Source of the DNA: an uncultured bacterium
Lineage (GTDB): Bacteria; Verrucomicrobiota; Kiritimatiellia; PWTM01
Direction of reading: 5' to 3'
NCBI GenBank assembly: GCA_938010045.1
Contig: CALLFZ010000003.1
Coordinates: forward strand, 105,961 to 169,960
Length of the DNA stretch: 64,000 bases
A program made the translations under genes and the position numbers. Shown in pieces: positions 10,671-20,748 of this stretch. The number at the start of each line of letters is the position of its first letter. The stretch's first letter is position 1. Under the pieces are notes generated by a model, which saw only the letters and a list, made by a program, of their open reading frames with translations, did no database searches and was not told the DNA's origin.

Positions 10671-11186
10671 TCAGCGGGCACGCGGATCCACCTCCCGCAA
10701 CAGCTCCTTGCCGGCCTTGGGCGAGGAGCGGTCCTTGAAGTCGAGCAGGGCGGGACGCAGCACGAATCGGTGGTCGCCATTCGGTTGGTGAAGGCGGCCG
10801 CGTGCGGCAACGGATTCGCCCGGCGCAAGAGTGCGGGCCAGCTCGAGCGAGCGGCCACCTTCGACGATCACCTCGACGGGCAGGTCCGCGGCCGGTTCGC
10901 GCGTCGTGATCGCCACACCGCCATTCCGCGCCTCGATCCGCTCGACGCGTAGATATCGAAAGGCGTGCAACAGGTTTGTGTGGGCGGCGAGCAGCCGCGC
11001 TCGGCCCAAGGTATTCGTCTGAAGGCTCCATTCGAGCGCATAGTCGTTCCCGTTGCGCACCGGCTCCGCGAGACCGTGCGCCCCGGGCCCTAGCCCCGCT
11101 ACGGCGAGGGACAGCACGCGTACGCGATATGGTATCACGATCCGTTTCACGGACCCGTTGCGCGACCAGCGGAACGTGTCGCTCAT
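10671..11186 (-). CDS. Hypothetical exported protein (possible OB-fold); start uncertain
   Basis: ORF with protein-like composition directly upstream of, and co-oriented with, the DUF4159 gene. Confidence 0.55.
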   Translation of the reverse strand: MSDTFRWSRNGSVKRIVIPYRVRVLSLAVAGLGPGAHGLAEPVRNGNDYALEWSLQTNTLGRARLLAAHTNLLHAFRYLRVERIEARNGGVAITTREPAADLPVEVIVEGGRSLELARTLAPGESVAARGRLHQPNGDHRFVLRPALLDFKDRSSPKAGKELLREVDPRAR

Positions 11187-11608
11187 CGCTTCGGTCGCCT
11201 CTTCAAGCTCGAAACCAACCTCACCACATACCTCCGCCGACAAGTTGTCAACTCACTTCCAAGACAATGGAAGCGGTGGACACGATCATCGAGGCGGGCG
11301 TCGAGGCGGAGCTCCACCGGTCAACACGTGGCGGCCACACCCGGCGCTCAGCCCTAGACCCGGTTGTTGACCACGGATGGGCGAAAGATCGTTATGGGTT
11401 CGGTCTGCGACCAGCCGTTGTTGGTGTGTCGCCGTCCGTGTCCCACCGTCCCCGAGGGAGGTGGCGCCGATTCGGAGGAGGGCCGATATGATCCAGTGGA
11501 CAGTCGGGGTGACGACGGGCATCCCGCCACGTTCGCGACGACCGTCGAAACTATCGTGCTCACCGTGGTGCGCGAGGTGGCGGCCTCGATCGGCCGTCCG
11601 AGCTGCAA

Positions 11609-11786
11609 GGAATCCGGCCGCGCCGCCGGCACGCCGCCACCCGGCTGGGTCGAGGGATCCGGCCGCTCTGCTCTCTCTGCCCAGCCCAAACTCTCTAGCA
11701 CAAACCCGCCGAACGGGTGCGCTGGCGAGGACGTTCGTGTCGGCGACCACCTCTCTGAGTGATCCAACAGCACGCCAGGGGGAATT
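11609..11786 (-). ncRNA. ssrS: Probable 6S RNA
   Basis: About 178 nt intergenic; 5' CUGGCGUGCUGUUGG pairs with 3' CCGGCGGCGCGGCCGG using five G-U pairs that work only on the minus strand; 3' part (CCCUCGACCC..GGGUGG..GGCGGC..GAUUCC) resembles the 6S RNA 3' layout. Confidence 0.6.
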
Positions 11787-12002
11787 CAGACAGCGCGGGC
11801 GCTGGCGAACGGCCGAATGCGGCGCCGCATCACTTCGAGGCGCACCCGACGGAGCAGTCGGCGAATACGCTCGCGTGACCTCGCGGCAGCCGGCCTCGCG
11901 AGCGGCCCGTTCGCGCACGCGGGCGAGGTCCGCCGTCCAACTGGATGCGCCGTGGCGCGGTCGGTCCCACGCGGGACGGGGTGCGACATGGCCTTCCCGA
12001 TC

Positions 12003-13358
12003 TCAATGATTCGCGTCGTCGTCGGCCGTCGTCCGATCCAGTTCCTGGCGGAGCCAGTCGAGCAGCACGGCGCGCGTGATGCCGGGCGTTTCGAGTTGCC
12101 GATCCATCGCGCGTCGAAGCCAGCGGCCGACATTGCGCCCCGGCCGCACGCCGAGCGCGATGAGGTCGTCGCCGCGGATGAGCGGTGCGGGTACGGCGGC
12201 CTCCGCGTTCAGCATCCGCCGGACCTCCTCGACCCGGTGGCAGGCCGCGCACTCCATGCCGCGCGCCGCCAGATCGAGCCGGTGCAGTTCGAGTCCGGTA
12301 TCGAACGCCGGATCCGCCATCCAGCGTCGTAGCCGCGCTAGACGCATTTGCGGAATCCTCCGGTACCGCATGTGCCACCGAACGCAGGCGACGATCTCAG
12401 CGGCGAGCCGCCTGGGGAAGCGGAGGCGTGCAAGGATGTCGGCGGCGATCTCCGCGCCGGCCGTGTCGTGGCCGCGGTACGATGTTGGGGCGTCCGGGTC
12501 GCGAACTGCCGGCTTGCCGACGTCATGCAGCAGAATCGACCACGCGAGGACGGGGGTCCGGCGCTCCATGAGATCGAGCACGCGAGCTGTATGATCGAAA
12601 AGATCACCTTCGGGATGGTGCGGGGGAGCGTGCGGGACGCCCCGCATCGCGGCGATCTCGGGGAGGAGTGCCGCCAGCAGCCCGAGCGCCTCGAGCCGCC
12701 GCAGAGCTTCTCCGGGCCGGATCGCCTCGAGCCAAAGCCGGGTGAGCTCCTCTCGCAAGCGTTCCGCGGCGACCTCCACGATCGCGGGCGCCAGTTCGCG
12801 GATCGCAGCGGCGGTGGTCGGCTCGATATCGAATTCGAGGGTGGACGCGAACCTCACCGCGCGGACCATGCGCAGGCGATCCTCGGCGAACCGCCGTCGG
12901 GGATCGCCGATCGCGCGTACGAGCCGCGCCGCCAGGTCCGCCCGGCCGTCGACATAGTCGCGCACTTCATCGGTGAGGGGATCGTAGAACATGCCATTGA
13001 TGGTGAAGTCGCGCCGGCGCGCATCGGCGATTTCATCGGCGTAGCGCACGCCGACGGGCCGTCGGCCGTCGCGGTACTCGAGATCCTCGCGGAACGTGGC
13101 CACCTCGAACCAGTGGCCGCCCTGCTGGACGAGCACGACGCCGAAGGAGCGGCCGACCGGACGGGTCCGCGGGAAAAGCTCGACGACCTGCTCCGGCCGC
13201 GCGCTGGTCGCAATGTCGATGTCGTGAAACGGTCGGCCGAGGAGCCGATCTCGCACGCAGCCGCCGGCCCACACCGCGCGGTGGCCGGTCGCGGCGAGCC
13301 GCTCGCAGATCGCACGCGCGGCGGTTTCCAGCGGCGTGGCATCTGACTGGTTGGCCAT
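12003..13358 (-). CDS. cca: CCA-adding tRNA nucleotidyltransferase with HD domain
   Basis: GGCVRD..DIDIAT, EVATFR, RRDFTIN, EDRLRMVRAVRF, HHPEG, LLHDVGK. Confidence 0.9.
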   Translation of the reverse strand: MANQSDATPLETAARAICERLAATGHRAVWAGGCVRDRLLGRPFHDIDIATSARPEQVVELFPRTRPVGRSFGVVLVQQGGHWFEVATFREDLEYRDGRRPVGVRYADEIADARRRDFTINGMFYDPLTDEVRDYVDGRADLAARLVRAIGDPRRRFAEDRLRMVRAVRFASTLEFDIEPTTAAAIRELAPAIVEVAAERLREELTRLWLEAIRPGEALRRLEALGLLAALLPEIAAMRGVPHAPPHHPEGDLFDHTARVLDLMERRTPVLAWSILLHDVGKPAVRDPDAPTSYRGHDTAGAEIAADILARLRFPRRLAAEIVACVRWHMRYRRIPQMRLARLRRWMADPAFDTGLELHRLDLAARGMECAACHRVEEVRRMLNAEAAVPAPLIRGDDLIALGVRPGRNVGRWLRRAMDRQLETPGITRAVLLDWLRQELDRTTADDDANH

Positions 13359-13387
13359 GTCGGCACTATAGCGTAGTGTGTTCGAGA

Positions 13388-15121
13388 ATGACGATGGTCG
13401 GGAGAGTTGCAATCCGGCTTCGAGCGGTGCTGCTCATGATGGTCGGGTCCGGCGCGCTGGCCCGGGCCGAATCGCCGTTTCGGGTCGTCCCCAGTTTGGA
13501 GGTGTCCGGCGCGGTCACAACACTCGCGGTGGTGGTGGAGGTGCCGGCGCGGCACCGGTTGTACGCCGAGGAGTTCCGCGTGCGCGGGCTCGATGCGACG
13601 GAACTGGGGACGCCCCGACTACCCTCCCCGGTGCGCCGGCCGGACCCGCTGACGGGCGAGATCCATCCGTTCTATGACGCGACCTTCACCGGGCGATGGG
13701 ACATCGCCCGGGGCGGTCGGGGTGGCATTGCGGTGGAGATCGAGTGGATCGGGTGCGACGACATACAGTGTTTTCTACCCGAACGGCTCGAGTGGCGCCC
13801 GCCCACGGCGCCGCCGGGGAGCGGGCGCGCGCCGGTGGAGCCAACCCCGGAGGGGTTTTCACTGCCACCGGACTTCCACATCGCGCGGGCTCATGCGGGC
13901 ATGGCGGGCGAGCGGGAGTTTCTCGATTTTCTGGCCGGTCGGAGCGGGACGGACACCACCGGCCGCGCGCTGCTGCGGCGCGGGTGGTTCGTCGCGGTGT
14001 TTCTGATTCTCGGCGGCGGGGTGTTGTTGAACCTCACGCCGTGCGTGCTGCCGATGATCCCGATCAACCTGGCGCTGATCGGAGCGGGGGCGAGCGCGGC
14101 GTCACGAGGGCGGGGCGCGGCGCTCGGCGCGCTCTACGGCTCGGGGATGTGTCTGGCGTATGGTCTGCTCGGCGTCGCGGTGGTGCTGGGCGGCGCACCG
14201 TTTGGGGCGATCAACGCCTCGCCGTGGTTCAACGCAGTGATTGCGGTGCTGTTTGGGGTGCTCGCGATCGCGATGGTGGGCCGTCTGAATCTTGATTTTT
14301 CACGCTGGCAGAACCGCATTGACGGACCCGCGTTGGCGCGGCGGCGGGCGGTGGGGGTCTTTGCGCTCGGGGCGCTGGCCGCGGTGCTGGCCGGCGCATG
14401 CGTGGCGCCGGTGCTCGTGAGCGTGCTGTTGCTATCCGCCACGCTCTATCAGCAGGGGCATGCGGTCGCGCTCATCTTGCCCTTCCTGCTGGGGCTCGGC
14501 ATGGCGTTGCCTTGGCCCCTGGCCGGAGCGGGGCTGGCCCGTCTGCCGAGACCGGGGCCGTGGATGGATCGGGTGAAGTACGGATTTGCGGTCTTCATCG
14601 CGGCTATGGCGCTGTACTACGCGCGGCTCGCCTGGCTCGGGTTCCAGGGTTCGTCGGCGGCGGCCGCGGAGAACGACCGTTGGGCCGAGTTCAGTTTCAC
14701 GGAACGTGCTGGTCCGACCGACTGGGCGGAGGTGTTTGAGCGCGCCCGCGCGTCGGGCCGCCCCGTGCTGGTGGATGTCTGGGCGTCGTGGTGCAAGAGC
14801 TGCGCGGCGATGGAGCGCACCACGCTGCGCCGCCCGGCGGTGCGCGAGGCCTTGCGGGGCTTCGTCTCGGTGAAGTACGCGGCGGAGCGGGCGGGGCAGG
14901 ATCCCGCGCGAGCGGTGCTGCGTGCGCTCGGTGCGCGCGGCCTGCCAACCTATGTGATCCTTCAACGGACGGCCGACGACGGCGAGCCGCCGCGATCGCC
15001 GGCGTCGGGAATGCGGGGGGCGCCGGCGGGAGGCGTGGATGCCCACGGCCGTGCCGACGTCCACTCGGGTTCACCCGGCGGATTGGCGAGGTTCGATACG
15101 CCGTCTATGATGATGCCATGA
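13388..15121 (+). CDS. dsbD: Thiol:disulfide interchange protein DsbD family
   Basis: N-terminal CDDIQC, transmembrane LTPCVLP and GACVAP, thioredoxin WCKSC. Confidence 0.85.
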   Translation: MTMVGRVAIRLRAVLLMMVGSGALARAESPFRVVPSLEVSGAVTTLAVVVEVPARHRLYAEEFRVRGLDATELGTPRLPSPVRRPDPLTGEIHPFYDATFTGRWDIARGGRGGIAVEIEWIGCDDIQCFLPERLEWRPPTAPPGSGRAPVEPTPEGFSLPPDFHIARAHAGMAGEREFLDFLAGRSGTDTTGRALLRRGWFVAVFLILGGGVLLNLTPCVLPMIPINLALIGAGASAASRGRGAALGALYGSGMCLAYGLLGVAVVLGGAPFGAINASPWFNAVIAVLFGVLAIAMVGRLNLDFSRWQNRIDGPALARRRAVGVFALGALAAVLAGACVAPVLVSVLLLSATLYQQGHAVALILPFLLGLGMALPWPLAGAGLARLPRPGPWMDRVKYGFAVFIAAMALYYARLAWLGFQGSSAAAAENDRWAEFSFTERAGPTDWAEVFERARASGRPVLVDVWASWCKSCAAMERTTLRRPAVREALRGFVSVKYAAERAGQDPARAVLRALGARGLPTYVILQRTADDGEPPRSPASGMRGAPAGGVDAHGRADVHSGSPGGLARFDTPSMMMP

Positions 15122-16245
15122 CCCGGCCCGCTCTGCTTGGAGGTCTGGTGTTCGCAGTGCTGCTCGCCCTCGGCGTGGCCGCGGTCGAAGATACGTTGCC
15201 GCCGGAGGTTCGCACCTACCGCAACGACTACGAGGCGACGGTCCGCGCGGCCGACGACAACCTGCAGCGCATCCAGCGCGGCCTCGAATTAACCTACACC
15301 GATAAACTCCGCCAGCTCATGTACGCGATGCAGTACGCGGGGCGCCTCCGGGACCTGCTTAACATCTACGATGAGTACGTCCGGTTTCAGACCAAGCGCG
15401 CGCTGCCCACGCCGACGCCCGCGATGGAGCCCCCCGAGCTCCGTCTGCTCGCCGAGGAACATGTGAAGGCCGTCCGCACGGCCGAGTACAGTAATCATGT
15501 TGCCGTTGCCCGGGCTGCGGCGGTGTATCTTCAGAACCTCGCGATGTTGCGCCGCACGCTGGCGGAGCGGGCCGAACCGGACGTGTTGCTCCAGATCGAC
15601 GCCGAACGCGACCGGCTGCTCACCAACGCCCGGATCCGAACGGCGGTCGTGTCGGCGGCCGCCGGCATTGTGATCCCCACCAATTTCGTTGTTGCCGCCG
15701 ACAGCCCAGATAGCCCCGCGGAAGGCGAGCGCGTGCTGAGGCTCTACCGCCTCGGTACCGAGGACGCCGCGACTCTCATGGCCTACTCCATCGAGGTCGG
15801 AATGGTCGAAGACACGTCCCGACTGCGGCAAGTGAAGACGGAGACCACGCGTTCGCGCAGCGAGAGTCGCTCCGGCACCGTTGTCTACCGTTTCCGGGTG
15901 ACGATCACCGCCCGTAACGCGGAGGTGCCCGCCGGCAGCCGCGTGATCGCGGAGTACTTCGCGCGCTCGCTCACCGACGGCTCGAAACGCTACCATAGCA
16001 GCGAGCAAACGCTCGTGCCATGGATCGGCCGCGGCGAGTCGCACACGGTCGAGTTCAACGGGATTTCGCTCTACCGTTCGGAGAGCCAGACGGTTCAGAG
16101 CCGCGGCAGCGGCCGGTCCTTCAGCGGCGAGGAATTCCACGGTATCATCGTCAGCCTTCTCGACCCGGAAGGCCGCATCATGCTGCAGCGGTTTTATCCG
16201 CAGTCGTTGTCCAAGGACGTCATCGCGACGCCGGGCATGCGATGA
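15118..16245 (+). CDS. Hypothetical exported protein (helical N-terminal half, beta-rich C-terminal half)
   Basis: Signal peptide MTRPALLGGLVFAVLLALGVAA; protein-like ORF; TATGAT 6 nt upstream of the ATG. Confidence 0.7.
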   Translation: MTRPALLGGLVFAVLLALGVAAVEDTLPPEVRTYRNDYEATVRAADDNLQRIQRGLELTYTDKLRQLMYAMQYAGRLRDLLNIYDEYVRFQTKRALPTPTPAMEPPELRLLAEEHVKAVRTAEYSNHVAVARAAAVYLQNLAMLRRTLAERAEPDVLLQIDAERDRLLTNARIRTAVVSAAAGIVIPTNFVVAADSPDSPAEGERVLRLYRLGTEDAATLMAYSIEVGMVEDTSRLRQVKTETTRSRSESRSGTVVYRFRVTITARNAEVPAGSRVIAEYFARSLTDGSKRYHSSEQTLVPWIGRGESHTVEFNGISLYRSESQTVQSRGSGRSFSGEEFHGIIVSLLDPEGRIMLQRFYPQSLSKDVIATPGMR

Positions 16246-16271
16246 GCCGACGTCGCCAAGGAGGTCCGACC

Positions 16272-18209
16272 ATGAATGTTTCGATCCTGCGTGGGGCGGC
16301 GGCGATCAGCCTGACGGCCGCCGTCGCGGCCGTGTCGGAATCCCCGTTTCCGGGTTCGCGCGGCGAGACGCTCGATCTGTGCGCCCGCGAGGATCTCTGG
16401 AGCCGGCCGCCGCGCGGATTTCTCGACCAATTCGTGCGTGTGCCGCGCGACCAGGTCGTCGCCTTCGCGCTCTACACGCACGACCGTGGCGTGCTGAAGC
16501 TATCGGCGCAGTTCTTCCCGCTGAAGCCCGACGAACCGCGCGAGGCTCGGCTTGAGCTGCAGCTCGAGGGCGAATGGCGCGAGGTCGCCCGCGCACCGAT
16601 CCTGTATCCCGGTTGGTCGGCGCACTTTCGCCTCGAGCCTTGGGACGGCACCCGTTCGGTGCCGTACCGGGTGCGCCATGGCGAGTCGGCCATATTCGAA
16701 GGCCTCGTGCGCGCGGATCCGGCCGGGAAGGACGTGATCGTCGTCGCGTCGCTCAACTGCGATTCGAACGCGGATCGCGGCGACCGCGCGGAGATCGTCG
16801 AGAAGCTGAAGCGGCTGGATCCCGATCTGTTGTTCTTTGCGGGCGACCAGAGTTACGACCACACCGAGCACACCGCCGGCTGGCTGCTGTGGGGCACCCG
16901 GCTGCGCGAGGTGCTCAAGGACCGGCCCGTGGTCACGATCCCCGACGACCACGACATCGGACAGGGCAACCTGTGGGGAGAAGGCGGGATCGTCGCGGAC
17001 TCCCCCCATGGGGACTCGGGCGGCTACTTCTACCCGGCCGAGTACGTGCGCATGGTCGAGCGCTGCCAGACGTGGCATCTGCCCGACCCGTGGGACCCGC
17101 GGCCCGTGGAGCAGGGCATCGGTGTATACTTCACGCGGCTGCGCGTCGGCGGCGTGGATTTCGCGATCCTCGAGGACCGAAAGTTCAAGAGCGGGCCGAA
17201 GGGGAAGATTCCGCAGCGCGGGCCGCGCCCGGATCATATCCTCGATCCGTCCTACGACCCGGCCTCGGTGGATTTGCCAGGGCTGCAGCTGCTGGGCGAG
17301 CGCCAGCTTCGGTTTCTCGACGAGTGGGCGCAGGACTGGTCCGGCGCGGAGATGAAGGCGGTGCTTTCGCAAACCGCGTTCGCGGGGGCCGTGCATCTGC
17401 ATGGTTCGCGCGAAAACCGGCTGCACGCGGACCTCGACTGCAATGGCTGGCCGCAGTCGCAGCGCAATGCGGCGCTGCGCGCGATCCGCCGGGCCCTCGC
17501 CTGCCACCTCTGCGGCGACCAGCACCTCGCGGTCGTCGTTCAGCATGGCATCGAGGAGTTTCGCGACGGGCCGTTTGGCTTCACGGCGCCGGCGATGGTC
17601 AACAGTTATTACGGCCGGTGGTGGGAGCCCGCCGATGGCCGTCCGGGTGCCCGGCCGATTCCCAACAGCTCGCTGCCCTACACCGGCGACTATTTCGACG
17701 GACTCGGCAACCGAATCACGATGCACGCCTACGCGAACCCCGCCTTCAGCACGGGCCAGCAAATGCGCCAGCACCAGCGCGATCCCTCTGCGATGCTCGG
17801 CGACGGATTCGGTATCGTGAGGTTCGATAAGCGTACCGGCCGCATCACGTTCGAATGCTGGCCGCGATACGCCGACCTTTCGAAAGGGGACGCCGCGCAA
17901 TACCCCGGCTGGCCGATCACGATACGCATGGAGGACAATGACGGCCGCCCTCCCTCTGGCTGGTTGCCACCGCTCGAGGTTGCCGGCGTGGAGCGTCCTG
18001 TCATTCAGGTCGTCCGCGAGCGCGACGGCGAACTCCTCTACACGCGGCGCGTCCGCGAGCCCGGCTTCCGTGCTCCGGTCTACGGCGAGGGGCCGTTCAC
18101 GTTGCGGGTTGGCCGGGACCGGCCGGACCAGTGGGTTGCCAAGGGACTGTCCGCCTCGCCGGCCAACGCGCGCCCCGCGCCGCTGTCCGTTCGGCTCCCT
18201 CCTCAATGA
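16272..18209 (+). CDS. PhoD-like metallophosphoesterase
   Basis: AAGGAGG RBS; signal peptide; FAGDQSY, IPDDHDIGQGNLWG, CGDQH motifs. Confidence 0.8.
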   Translation: MNVSILRGAAAISLTAAVAAVSESPFPGSRGETLDLCAREDLWSRPPRGFLDQFVRVPRDQVVAFALYTHDRGVLKLSAQFFPLKPDEPREARLELQLEGEWREVARAPILYPGWSAHFRLEPWDGTRSVPYRVRHGESAIFEGLVRADPAGKDVIVVASLNCDSNADRGDRAEIVEKLKRLDPDLLFFAGDQSYDHTEHTAGWLLWGTRLREVLKDRPVVTIPDDHDIGQGNLWGEGGIVADSPHGDSGGYFYPAEYVRMVERCQTWHLPDPWDPRPVEQGIGVYFTRLRVGGVDFAILEDRKFKSGPKGKIPQRGPRPDHILDPSYDPASVDLPGLQLLGERQLRFLDEWAQDWSGAEMKAVLSQTAFAGAVHLHGSRENRLHADLDCNGWPQSQRNAALRAIRRALACHLCGDQHLAVVVQHGIEEFRDGPFGFTAPAMVNSYYGRWWEPADGRPGARPIPNSSLPYTGDYFDGLGNRITMHAYANPAFSTGQQMRQHQRDPSAMLGDGFGIVRFDKRTGRITFECWPRYADLSKGDAAQYPGWPITIRMEDNDGRPPSGWLPPLEVAGVERPVIQVVRERDGELLYTRRVREPGFRAPVYGEGPFTLRVGRDRPDQWVAKGLSASPANARPAPLSVRLPPQ

Positions 18210-18479
18210 GGTGCAACCTCGGCGGGTCGCTGAGTTTGCTCCGCTGGGCGGCTCGGGACGAGGTGGCGGCCGCACCGCACGTTGGGTTTCCGTCGGCGTC
18301 CAGAAAAGATCCGCTCCGCCAACGTTGATCCTCCCGCGTGCTTCCAGATCCCGACCGCGCTCTGCCGTATCTCGATCATCGAGTAGGGGCGAGTATCCGG
18401 ACGGCCCCGCCTCTGCTACGTGCGCATAAATCCGAATCCGGCCGAGGGGCGTCGCGACCGCCGGCGGGGACCCAATTTC

Positions 18480-18856
18480 GCACACACCCCGGCCTCGGCG
18501 ATTCCCACCGCCGTCGAAGTGAGCAAACCGCCACGCCTTTCCTGCCTCATCGCGATCGAAATGGCCGGTAACGGGATCGGCCGATACTGTGGTGGGGACG
18601 ACATTCAGTTCAGCCTCCAGACTACATGGGACAGCCGGGCGGTCGCGAAAGAGCACTCGCGGGCTGCCGTGGCCGATCCCTCCGCGCTCGTCGTCATCAC
18701 CACCAGTTTCTGGGGCTGCCGCGCCTCGGGGACCATCCCACGCAGATGAGGCTCTTCCAGCTGCTCGCCGCTCGGCTCGCGCGCGTTCGGCGACTAGTGT
18801 TTTGCACCCTCAACCGTGCCGGCCTCGCGACGTGGCGGACGCGGAGCGCCGGCTGA
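18480..18856 (+). pseudogene. Possible decayed class I SAM-dependent methyltransferase remnant
   Basis: Fragments in shifted frames (EMAGNGIGRYCGGDD, LVVITTSF, QMRLFQLLAARLARVRRLVF) loosely recall methyltransferase motifs; weak. Confidence 0.25.
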
Positions 18857-19042
18857 AGCCGGCTGAACGAAATGATCGGCAACCGCCGCGCGGTACCGTT
18901 CGGCGACCTGCTCCCGCCCATCGAGGCGGCCGGCATCGAGTGGGGATGAACGACGGCCACGGATCGGGCGCCTCGGTTGCCCCTGTGGACGCGTCGCCCT
19001 ACACTGGCGGCAGTCAAACTTCAACCGAAAAGGTCGTCGAAG

Positions 19043-20410
19043 ATGCCCGCACGCACTCCCCGTCGCCGGCACGCCGCCGCCGATCGCGGAACCCCGCCGC
19101 GGCATGTCGTCTTCATCGGAATGGGCGCCGTGGGCTCAGGCATGCTGATCTGCCTGAGCGAACTGGCCGACCGCGACTCCGTGCCGGTCCGTTTCACGGT
19201 CTTCACCCCCCATCCCGACCGCGCGCGGGACGCGCTCTTCAATGCCGAGCCGCTGTTTGACCGCATCGAGTTCGTCGAGGTGCCCGACTTCGAGCCGCTC
19301 TTCAAGATGGTGCCGCCATACGACCGGCTGTTGCGCGGCACCGCGGTCATCATCAACGCCGCCCTGCCCGCCTTCAACGGTCCGATGATCGAGCTCGCGC
19401 TGAGGCTGGGCGCGCACACGGTGGATCTGGCCTCCGACATGTACAACGAGGAGACCGAGCGCACGCTCGCGTTTCCGCAATACCGCCACGACGCGGCGCT
19501 GCGCGCGCGCGGCTGCGCCGCGTTCATCAACTTCGGGGTGGCGCCGGGCATGACGGATTTCCTGATCGGCGAGCGCATGCACGAACTGCTGGCGGGAAAC
19601 CGCCAGGACCTCGAGGTTGAAAGCATCGATCTGTTTCTGCTCGAAGACATTGACTCCGATTCGGTGATCTTCTCGTGGTCGCCGGTCGTCGCGCTCGAGG
19701 AGCTGGCGCAACGGCCTCGTGTGATTCGCGACGGAGTGCTCGTTGCGCTCGAACCGTTCTCCTCGTCCCGCGAGTATTTGTTCCCGCACGAACCCGAGCC
19801 GACGCGGCAGTACCCCCTCTATCAGGAAGAGCTGTTGTCGCTGCACCGCGCATTTCCGCAGGTCGAGTCCATCAGTGTGTACACGGGCGGATCGGAAGTG
19901 GAACTCGTGAAGGCACTGTTCCAGTTGAACCTGCTCTCGAAGCGGACGCTGCCCGATCGGCCGGATCTGACAGTGGAGGCGCTGGTGCGATCGCTGCTGC
20001 CGGGCATGAAGAATCCGCGGCGCATCGAGGCGTACTTGCGCGATGGCACGATTCGAAGCGCCCATTTTGCGGCCGCTGCGGAGATCCGGGTGAGCGAGCG
20101 CATCCGCACCGAGCGGCGGACCGTGATCGAGACGATCGGCCTCAGTTATCAGCGATACCGCGGGCTGATCGGCTCGCCGTACGCCGGCGCGACCTACATC
20201 TCCTATCCGACGGCTGTCTGCGCGGCGATCCTGTTGTGGCATACGCTCGAACACATGCGGGCGGGGCGTGGCGCGAAGCTGGTGGGGGTATTAACCGGCG
20301 AAGACCTGGCGAAGTTGTTGCCCCGTTCCCGCGCGCACGCGATCCGCCGCGACCTTGTGGCGTGGGACATTGACCTCTTCGGCGGCGTACGTGACGCATC
20401 GGAGAGCTGA
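19043..20410 (+). CDS. Saccharopine dehydrogenase / carboxynorspermidine dehydrogenase-like NAD(P)-dependent oxidoreductase
   Basis: VVFIGMGAVG Rossmann motif, VIINAALP, HTVDLAS, FGVAPG, FSWSP, EPFS, QEE. Confidence 0.75.
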   Translation: MPARTPRRRHAAADRGTPPRHVVFIGMGAVGSGMLICLSELADRDSVPVRFTVFTPHPDRARDALFNAEPLFDRIEFVEVPDFEPLFKMVPPYDRLLRGTAVIINAALPAFNGPMIELALRLGAHTVDLASDMYNEETERTLAFPQYRHDAALRARGCAAFINFGVAPGMTDFLIGERMHELLAGNRQDLEVESIDLFLLEDIDSDSVIFSWSPVVALEELAQRPRVIRDGVLVALEPFSSSREYLFPHEPEPTRQYPLYQEELLSLHRAFPQVESISVYTGGSEVELVKALFQLNLLSKRTLPDRPDLTVEALVRSLLPGMKNPRRIEAYLRDGTIRSAHFAAAAEIRVSERIRTERRTVIETIGLSYQRYRGLIGSPYAGATYISYPTAVCAAILLWHTLEHMRAGRGAKLVGVLTGEDLAKLLPRSRAHAIRRDLVAWDIDLFGGVRDASES

Positions 20411-20428
20411 CCGGCTCCGGACGCGTAC

Positions 20429-20477
20429 CGTCCAAGCCTTGGACGATCCGCGTGCTGTCTCTTCCCATCCTTGGACG
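20429..20477. repeat. Paired 17-bp palindrome element, copy 1
   Basis: cgtccaagccttggacg (20429-20445) and cttcccatccttggacg (20461-20477); 32-bp offset. Confidence 0.8.
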
Positions 20478-20748
20478 TAGGGCGGGGGCTGCATCCCTTC
20501 GCTCGCCATTCACCTGCCGGCGAACGGGGATGGGGGACGGATCTGCCGGGTTTCCGTCGCGGCGAGCGCCGCGCCAACCCACCTGGTCCACACGACCGGC
20601 AAAGGGAGATGCGAGCCCTGTGGGCGGGGCTTCGGCGCGTGGTTGCGAAACCACCAACCGTCGCGATGTCAAATGGGCGAGGGCGTACAGAACTCGGACG
20701 CGCATCGCTGGCTTTTCGAGGCGCGCGAACGTTGGATATCATTCACAA

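Noticed and set aside
11256-11273. cttccaagacaatggaag as a fourth copy of the paired palindrome
   Set aside because: The centre is one base longer and there is no partner site at 32 bp
11690-11770. Glycine riboswitch (GAGAG, CGCCGA, AAACTCTC fragments)
   Set aside because: The fragments are split between strands and out of order; a 6S-like closing stem explains the region better
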